Shown piece after piece: positions 50,301-55,912 of a DNA stretch of 64,000 nt; positions within the stretch are counted from its first letter, which is position 1, and every line of letters starts with the position of its first letter. Source of the DNA: Gemmatimonas sp. (GTDB lineage Bacteria; Gemmatimonadota; Gemmatimonadetes; Gemmatimonadales; Gemmatimonadaceae). The stretch spans positions 768,001-832,000 of the forward strand of contig OZ257156.1 in assembly GCA_965279375.1 (NCBI GenBank), written 5' to 3'. The notes below the pieces were generated by a model. The model made no database searches and was not told the origin of the DNA. It saw only the letters and a program-made list of their open reading frames with translations. The translations under genes and the position numbers were made by a program.

Positions 50301-53300
50301 GTGTCGTGCAGCAGATGATCGATGCCATCGGGAATCGACGCGCCGCTTGCATCGAGCACACCCAAGCCGATGAGCGCATCGCGCACCGCCGCAATCGCCG
50401 GCGTACCGACAGCCGCCGCTTGCAACTGCTCGGCGACCAGCGACATCAACACGCGCACTTCAGGTAGCGCCGGAGTGGTGACATCGCTGCCGACCGCACC
50501 GCCGTCCGCGCGAATGACCCAACGCTCGCGCGAGATGCCGAACACCGTCGGCTCATGCAGCACGATCTCCGCGTCGGCGTCGCCTGCCCCCAACGGCAAC
50601 ACCACCGTCGCCGACACCCAGCGCAACTCCGCCGGCGGTGGCGCATCGATGCCATTGGGGCCACCGGAGAGCCAGCCGTCGGGGCGACGGATGGCCAGAC
50701 GCACGGTTACCGAGCGCGCCGTGCTGACGGTTGGCACCGGCGCGCCCTGATCGGCGCCAACGAGTTCGACCAGCACCGATCCGGTTACAGCCAACGACGC
50801 GGACTGCACCGACAGCGGCAGGTACATGCCGCCGCGAATACCGGTCACCGTCGCGCGTGGTAGCGCCGCGCGCGCCACGGCGCGCCCTGCCATCCCCGAC
50901 GCCACGATGGACGTGACGGCTCGGAAAACGCGCGCAGCGCTCAACACACCGAAGACCGCGTGCACCGCGAGCCCGATACGCGGTACGGTTGGCACCACAG
51001 GCGGACGCAGTTCCACGGCTGGATCCGGCAGCGGCAGCAGCGCCACCAGGCCGTCCACCAGGTCTCGACCGCAGGCGAGGTCGGCATCGTCAGGCTCTGC
51101 CGCGTCCAGTGCGGGCAACAGGCAGCGCAGCAGACGCAACGCATCGCCGGAGACGGCATCGTCGATAACGGTGAACGACACCGGCGAGAACGCCGTCCCG
51201 ATCGTCACCACCGCCGTCACGAACGCCATCGCATTCGCTGCCACTACCGTGGCGTGACCGGCGCCCTCCACGGCAACGATCGCTACGGGAACGCCGAGCG
51301 CGGCAAAGGGCGCCAGCACGCGCTGCAGACGCGCGCTCTGTCCTGACACGCCGTCCGCGTCGCCCACCGCGAGTCGGCACGCGGCGCGCCCACCCAACGC
51401 GACAAACCACTCGCCCGTCGCGGCGATCGGAAGCGCAAACGCATCGGGCGCGAGCGCGGCCACGCGCAGATCGATGATGCGATTGGCCGGAGCCGTTGGC
51501 CACGGCAACGCTTCGCCGGTGGACAGCACCGCCACGTGCACGACGACATCGGGGGTTAAACCCAATAAGGTCGAGACATCGACCGATGCAGCGAGAGCCG
51601 TGCGCGACACCTCATCGATGCGGTGGACTGTGACACCGGACGGATCGACGGTCGGAGGCACGATTCGACCGTCGCCGCCGATCCAGCGTTCCGTCAGCAG
51701 CGACAGCCCCGCCGCGATGGCGGTGCGACCGGCCGTGAGATCGGCGACATCACGTGCGATCGTTGCTTCCTCGAGCAGCGCCGTCTCCAACTGCAGCGGC
51801 GAGAGTCCGTCGCGCCCCGGGCGCCAGCTGCGCACATCGTCGGGGGCGAGCGAGATGTCGCCGGCCGGACCGTTGGGCACGAGCCAGGTGGCCAACGCCG
51901 GTGCGTTGTCGGCGGCCAGCAGCGACATGCGCCACGGGTCGAGCGGCGTGCCTTCGCCTTCCCACCGTCCGGTCGCGGTGGCAGAGCCACTGATCGCCTG
52001 CGCGAGTGCACGAATGGCCTGCGTGAATTCGCCCGCGTCGTCGAACGCGAGCGCGGCCAGCCACGCGATGACGCTGTCCCTCGGCGACGTGACGAGGTCG
52101 GCGAGGCGCAATCGCGGTCGATCTCCGCCATCGATGGCACTGGCCCAGCCGAGCGTGTCCACGAGGCGCTGCACCCACGACACCGGTGCGGTGTGCGCCA
52201 GCAGCGCGAGCAACCGCTCCACGCCATCCCAGCCGTCGGCGTCGAGCGTGATGTTGCCGGCCGCGTCGAACACGGGCAGCACCACCGGGATCTCCACGCC
52301 GTCGATGCTCGCCGCGAGATTGGGCGTGAGCACATCCACCCCAAAGCCACTGGCCGGACGCCAACGCATCCGCAGTCCCACATGATCTGCCGACAGCGTG
52401 ACCGGCCCTGTCGAGACGAACGCGCGCGCACGACCGCGCGCACGCGCCACCAGCGACAGATCAGCGCCGGGCAGCAACAGCGCGCTTCGCGCCGCGAGAT
52501 CCAGCTCGGCGATGGTCACCGCAATCGCCGTCTCCACGCGTGTGCAGCCGTTGCCCAGCGTATCCATCACATACGACGCAGCCCACGCGAGATGCAGCGT
52601 GGAATTTCCGGCGGTGGTCCATACGTTGATCGTGATCGGCCCAACGATCGGCACGCGCCAGGGATCCGCCTCCGTGCCCGAGCCAGCGATGCCGGTGACG
52701 ACACGCGTCGCATCCGCCAGCAGATCGCGCAATGTTGCCAGAATGTCCGGTACCGCGGCCGCATGATCCTGCAGCAATCCGAGCCAGTACTCGCGTACGG
52801 CGTGCATCGGATCGGTGAGGAAGGCCTGCAGATCGAGCAGTGTGACGCCCGGATCTGACGGTGGTGCCTGCACACCGATCAACAGACTGATCGCGTTGCC
52901 AGCGGGGCCGAGTGCTGCGAGCAGATCGGTCACCACCGACGCGATCACCGTGCCCGCGACTTCAGCGATAGTATCTGGCGTGGTGAGGTCGAGCGTCGCG
53001 TAGCTGTTGCCCGCGATCACCACGCCATCGGCCGCGAGCAGGAACGTCGGACGACGCGCCGCGTCGAGCGCGAGTCCCGCGCGCAGCGTATCCACCTGCG
53101 GATCGCCAGTGAGCAGGCGCGTGCCGCTGCCGTCGAGTTGCCGCCCGAGCTGCAGATACGCGCTCAGCTTGGGGAGCGCGATTGACGACATGGCGGTGAG
53201 ATCGAGTCGCAGCAGCTCCGCGTCGATGCGCGCGTGCGCGCTGGAATTCGCCACCACGACGCACGACAGGATCGGTGTGACGAGCACCTCGCCACCCACA

Positions 53301-54238
53301 CCGATCGTCACCACCACGCGCAGCGTGACCGTCGCGCCACCCACGGCGAACGACAGCGTGTCTCCGAGCGGCGTAGCCCCAAGCAGCGACGCCAAATGCG
53401 CCAGCCACTCGGCTTGCGACGACGGCAGCGAGACCGTGGCCGCGAACCAGCGCGCCAGCGCGGCGACGCCTTCGGTGGGCAGCTGCGCGAGCGGGAAGGC
53501 CGGAATGGTGCCGACGCCGGACAGTCCGAGCAGTCCCACCAGTGACGCGAGCGGGCCGGCGCCGAGTGCGTCGGCCTGTACGCGCAAGAGACCGAAGACG
53601 AGGTCCAACGCCGCATCATCGAGATCGTCGAGATCGTCCAGCGAGAGCGACAGATCGCTCGCCGTGGTGGCACCGGGCAACAGCAGCCCGCGCAACGTGA
53701 GCGCGAACGTCGGTGCCTCGTTGCCGCCGGTGGGGATGTGCAACGACAGCGCGAGCCCGTTCAGCGGTGGTGCTGTTCCCAGTGTGATGTCGGTGGTCAC
53801 GCGCAACACGCCAAGCCGCGAGCCAACGAGGATGGCGTCGCTCACGCTCTGTCCTTCCTTGGCAGCGCGGAAGATCGGGAGATGCACCGTGGTCGTCGAG
53901 CCGGGCGCGGTCGTGGTCAGCTTGGCACCGACACCGATGCCCACGAATGCCGATGGTGTCGGATCGAGCACGACGTACAGCGAGACGGCCGGCGCACTGT
54001 TGCTGACGATGGGCAGCCAGATCAATCCATCGCGGTCGGTTTCGCGTTCTTCGCCGCCGAGGATCTCATCGACGAATTCCACCAGCGCGTTGCGTTGCGT
54101 CTCGTTCGCGAGCGCGGTGGACAGTCGCGCGCCGGGATTGCTCAGCCAGTCGTCGTTGAACTGCCCCGCACCATCGAGAATGCCGAGTGCAGTCGCGAGT
54201 GTTTCGAGATCGCCGAGGTCCGCTGCGGTGAAGCTCAT
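44351..54238 (-). CDS. Giant (3295 aa) DUF6603-like domain protein
   Basis: 9.9-kb uninterrupted ORF. The C-terminal half has GPIGGPPAFFLTGIGGGLGINR, LTGGFAF, FVLTLGGYHP, YP.VPRLG and KGEAYFALT, recalled as the DUF6603 signature; beta-strand-rich; no signal peptide. Confidence 0.82.
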   Translation of the reverse strand: MSFTAADLGDLETLATALGILDGAGQFNDDWLSNPGARLSTALANETQRNALVEFVDEILGGEERETDRDGLIWLPIVSNSAPAVSLYVVLDPTPSAFVGIGVGAKLTTTAPGSTTTVHLPIFRAAKEGQSVSDAILVGSRLGVLRVTTDITLGTAPPLNGLALSLHIPTGGNEAPTFALTLRGLLLPGATTASDLSLSLDDLDDLDDAALDLVFGLLRVQADALGAGPLASLVGLLGLSGVGTIPAFPLAQLPTEGVAALARWFAATVSLPSSQAEWLAHLASLLGATPLGDTLSFAVGGATVTLRVVVTIGVGGEVLVTPILSCVVVANSSAHARIDAELLRLDLTAMSSIALPKLSAYLQLGRQLDGSGTRLLTGDPQVDTLRAGLALDAARRPTFLLAADGVVIAGNSYATLDLTTPDTIAEVAGTVIASVVTDLLAALGPAGNAISLLIGVQAPPSDPGVTLLDLQAFLTDPMHAVREYWLGLLQDHAAAVPDILATLRDLLADATRVVTGIAGSGTEADPWRVPIVGPITINVWTTAGNSTLHLAWAASYVMDTLGNGCTRVETAIAVTIAELDLAARSALLLPGADLSLVARARGRARAFVSTGPVTLSADHVGLRMRWRPASGFGVDVLTPNLAASIDGVEIPVVLPVFDAAGNITLDADGWDGVERLLALLAHTAPVSWVQRLVDTLGWASAIDGGDRPRLRLADLVTSPRDSVIAWLAALAFDDAGEFTQAIRALAQAISGSATATGRWEGEGTPLDPWRMSLLAADNAPALATWLVPNGPAGDISLAPDDVRSWRPGRDGLSPLQLETALLEEATIARDVADLTAGRTAIAAGLSLLTERWIGGDGRIVPPTVDPSGVTVHRIDEVSRTALAASVDVSTLLGLTPDVVVHVAVLSTGEALPWPTAPANRIIDLRVAALAPDAFALPIAATGEWFVALGGRAACRLAVGDADGVSGQSARLQRVLAPFAALGVPVAIVAVEGAGHATVVAANAMAFVTAVVTIGTAFSPVSFTVIDDAVSGDALRLLRCLLPALDAAEPDDADLACGRDLVDGLVALLPLPDPAVELRPPVVPTVPRIGLAVHAVFGVLSAARVFRAVTSIVASGMAGRAVARAALPRATVTGIRGGMYLPLSVQSASLAVTGSVLVELVGADQGAPVPTVSTARSVTVRLAIRRPDGWLSGGPNGIDAPPPAELRWVSATVVLPLGAGDADAEIVLHEPTVFGISRERWVIRADGGAVGSDVTTPALPEVRVLMSLVAEQLQAAAVGTPAIAAVRDALIGLGVLDASGASIPDGIDHLLHDTALHVSDALADAARQVQLASGVQALLSAIPGVTVDLQARTVRLQTSSTPGAEGMVSATADITATGTGVVTASFTLGSTGISAAGGVLVRVDNAPLRASLEWHAAGGVAPAVYALWPTPDVSGLTRALAQLLPGECARAGLEFLRRLDETARGLIDAALDVMGLLDTIDAIGNRRVLLPAGMVRDAVGWFTHRGSLGGSSGGIDPARAIALLDAVKPLTGLSGPPGTWTLGTGVSVTASAQSGALRLALSIDTSAFASPVAATGRLVAGGTIGLTLRTDGAPTPAIDAFVGLAGATTGRSAVHVALNGGVQLFIRPDVGADLPLYPNPPGLAALAQAAVSQALPVVLDALAAETGTNLAGNAGAVVRAIGDALDLRRGTPLAFDGARLTAWAADPAGQLIAALPTLTTTALQSIATAVRPLLPTASTATVAGGMLTVTVRELSLTWRPSPFRFTLGGTVTGIPTVNTITAAITLDASGLAALESTIGPATIDAGGLDIRPFATIAVGASPSGGRRIEVGLASDAAMTSGFAARWNLGSTFTLVAVDGNSTDAEDVALAMLEELLDLVATFAIDTPTMQQLLANAVGSGTVRDVLRGVVLEDVANPAALDPDLFDPAALLQRMLRLALNFAETGPSIALSGGLTVGVLKELDEVKLTLGITARHDFPAGDFAVSLEADSRWIQGEPPAGLELTVLDVGGAVPVFAPAFACNGIGIRVGKTSGPLLDSVITLGSIAAHLYGEVETDGRLSGGVQLQFSELAVAVAGAQGGNPVAQGIMKDANSGSTKLAPAFSPALAVQKHGSDAVLISLSAGEGSGPWWVAIQKGFGPVYIEQVGVGVVATQQQLQKISLLLDGRVSLLGLTAAVDDLQLTFTVASNANVFDPGRWAVDVAGFAVNADLAGITLAGGLRKFEDGTSIEYIGMLAARFAVYGLSVYGGYGTGVASDGSSFASFFAFGAINGPIGGPPAFFLTGIGGGLGINRGLTFPSDLSTFGEFPFIKALDPAAQPSTDPMAELASLRTYFPMKSGEFWFAAGISFTSFALVDGVAVVSVAIGDGLEIALLGLARLALPRPQFPLVSIELGLIARFSTKEGVLWIQAQLTDNSWILHESVRLTGGFAFVIWFGETNTGQFVLTLGGYHPSFKRDGYPIVPRLGFQWSVSSSISIKGEAYFALTSEAVMAGGSLTASADFGAAWATVTFGADGIVYFDPFRYDVNAYARISAGVTIDTWLGDISFSLSRGASIHVMGPEFHGTVSFDVGPIGLTVAFGDDSQSDDNYISWADFVGKYLETASPGVARVITAIPGKGALPPGTGPGGPTDTATADGTAARPFEVYSEFEITVTTLVPTATVRVEGVDDYRAPSSTLGIAPMNIGASNAVLSLSLVGAGNVRHLDKLTKDVQAQGSFPIGVWGPPQPMDDRKVPTGNVIKATDAVRFESKATLNATLPKEIAYNQIDPPGPRKPLPFLSAAASRPAFITAARDVSALIPNDAPGARRTYAVAKPWLAAGGTGKTALAAIERERQSPPRLGTLTQGLAETDAAEPIVTFPPAAPTVPVDTTVAPPRAIAVLTPMAQMEFAPTRTTVKDRTPVRMAAPSVESAQAAVPVAVAARLVRTPAPGATMGRSIGATGPVPLTRAARGGTAAVSVRGAPVDGNTRLTELTTELGRAPGRRATRPIVQVGEVVILELPNALRDLDPKAPRPQLAIAGGTARIVAMGFGGEVLRDDASTTVVTVPVGTERLIVVAQGKSSGPAPGMSGWHSGSELPYIGWSSSIASGVVVHAEGSRVRGTRQRFRAGWVPAAELVQGSGIVHTRFAAAPRTVAIVLDDFVDTDHARDLALTLQHARRALDARGTPLPPIVVSIGNRSALVYAVTADPAAPKGAAVTVSIGQQPGVRLVGVLGSSDGAADVAERFARAGLDALVRPLTDQGTGTISLSWIAGRNTNRTPVRGKTPKKPAKTAVKKAAETSAKKSAKKVAKRAPSPKR

Positions 54239-54897
54239 CGCACGGCCCGGTCGAAGGTGTGCCGCGCTTGTGTGAGCACCCGCAGACTGCCGTTGTCGGC
54301 GGAGATCGCAGCAGGAATGAGGCCGACGCCATCGTTATCGGTGCCGACACCATCGGCGATTTCGGCGGTGACGTTGAGGAGGATCTGCCAGGCGAAGGCG
54401 ATGAGGGCGTCGCCCCACGGCACCGTGATGAGCGCGGGGCCACGCGGTCGCTGCTCGGTGGCGGCAATCATGCCGGCCGGTGCCTGATCGTCGCCCACAG
54501 CGAAATTCACATCGATGCGCACGGTGCCCGTCTCTTCGCACTGCACGGGAATGTTGACGAGCGCGAAGCCCCGCGTGATCTGGATGGAGACCTTGGCCGT
54601 GTGGACAAGCAGTTCGTTGTCGCCCTGCGTCCAAACCACGGTGCCGCGCTGGAGCGGATCGGCGGCGGCGCTAACGAGCGGCTGCAGTTCGCCGGATTTG
54701 AGCGTGATGGCCGGACCGACCGTACCGGCAGGCAAGGGATCGGGTGGCAGCAGCCCGGGGCATTGCCGCTGGACCTGTGCGAGCAGCCGTTTGCATTCGG
54801 CGCTCAGCGGTGTCGTGCGGCCGCGAGCGTTCGCGGCACGATTGTTCGCAGTACGAGCCTTCGACGGCATTTTCATTTTCGATGGTTCGGTTGCCAC
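54235..54897 (-). CDS. Hypothetical protein, first gene of the DUF6603-like operon
   Basis: AAGGAG RBS 6 nt before GTG 54897; IPVQCEETG..FAVG..PAG..PRGP..WGDALIAFAW; its stop overlaps the giant gene's ATG (ATGA). Confidence 0.72.
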   Translation of the reverse strand: MATEPSKMKMPSKARTANNRAANARGRTTPLSAECKRLLAQVQRQCPGLLPPDPLPAGTVGPAITLKSGELQPLVSAAADPLQRGTVVWTQGDNELLVHTAKVSIQITRGFALVNIPVQCEETGTVRIDVNFAVGDDQAPAGMIAATEQRPRGPALITVPWGDALIAFAWQILLNVTAEIADGVGTDNDGVGLIPAAISADNGSLRVLTQARHTFDRAVR

Positions 54898-54960
54898 GAT
54901 GGACTCCTTGCCGCGTGCACCGTTCGTCCCAGCATTCCCCGCCGCATGATCTGATGCGGC

Positions 54961-55443
54961 ATGGCAGTGCGAGCAAGCAGCGTCGGCCGTGGCGTCTCCC
55001 CCCCTGCGGACGTGGTTTGGACGCGATACAATCCGCAGTCGAGTTCCTCCTCCACCTTTCGATCGAGTGGCCCTGTGGCACCTCATCGCGCGAGCCATTG
55101 CCGTTTTCTCTCGGCAGTCACCGTCGTGTTGACGCTGGGCGCGTGCAGCGACCCGTCCACAAAACCGGCGGTCGCCGACTTCATCCCGACCAGCCTGCAG
55201 CCGGAAACGCATCTGCGCGGGCAGGTGATCGACCTCACAACGCGCCTGCCGATCGCCGACGCCCGGGTGTCGACGCTGGGGCAATCCAGCACTTCACTCG
55301 GCGACGGCAGCTACAACCTGCAGCGCCTGCGCGCGGCCGCGGTGGACCTCATCACCGTACGCGAAGGCTACGACACCGCGCGTACGCTGCTGGCGCTCAA
55401 GGGCGGCGATCAGGAGTTCACGATCCGGATGACGGCTAAGTAG
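54961..55443 (+). CDS. Small lipoprotein with carboxypeptidase-regulatory-like (prealbumin-like) domain
   Basis: TLGAC lipobox; LRGQVID..RLPIADARV...DGSYNL...REGYD. True start may be GTG 55075. Confidence 0.65.
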   Translation: MAVRASSVGRGVSPPADVVWTRYNPQSSSSSTFRSSGPVAPHRASHCRFLSAVTVVLTLGACSDPSTKPAVADFIPTSLQPETHLRGQVIDLTTRLPIADARVSTLGQSSTSLGDGSYNLQRLRAAAVDLITVREGYDTARTLLALKGGDQEFTIRMTAK

Positions 55444-55912
55444 GGGCGTCGGCGCAGGGTCGCCCGCTCGCCGCCGACTGCGGGTCGCGCCGGCTGGCGG
55501 CGCTGGCGCGCCTTTGCCGTGCGCTCCCCGCAGAAGCGGCTTCGGGCGACCCTCGCCGACTTGGCCGAGGGGAGCGAGCGCCGGCCAGCGCCTGCCCAAT
55601 CGTCCCGCCCGGGCGGGAGGGTCGCGACCATGCGCGCCGCAGGCCCCGGCCGAGCAAGACGCCCCGCTGCCGCCCCCCTCGCGGCCACGCCACCCGCTCG
55701 GTGCCGGGCCGGCGCGGGTCGGCCAAAGCCGCCTCTGCCCGCAGGGCAGCAAGCGGCGACTGAGCGACGCGACGCCGGCGCGGCCCCGCTCCACCCCTAA
55801 CGGCCACACCCCGCAACCGGCGCGCAACGTCCCGTCCTGCTGTCGCGTTGTCCCAGTGCGAACGTCGTCCCGGGCCCGGGGCGACGCCCTCCCTCCTCAG
55901 CTCCCGGGATCC

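Noticed and set aside
33923..54897. Interpretation as prophage, eCIS/T6SS or Tc/RHS toxin locus
   Set aside because: No sheath, tube, baseplate, VgrG, PAAR, YD-repeat, terminase or integrase motifs were recognisable; remote homology cannot be excluded without HMM or structure searches.
54898..55284. N-terminal extension of the 349-aa ORF 54235..55284
   Set aside because: Overlaps the divergent lipoprotein gene; a strong RBS supports the GTG start at 54897.
55514..55912. N-terminal extension of protease paralog 1
   Set aside because: The lipoprotein signal begins at ATG 55913, matching paralog 2; the upstream region is palindromic non-coding DNA.
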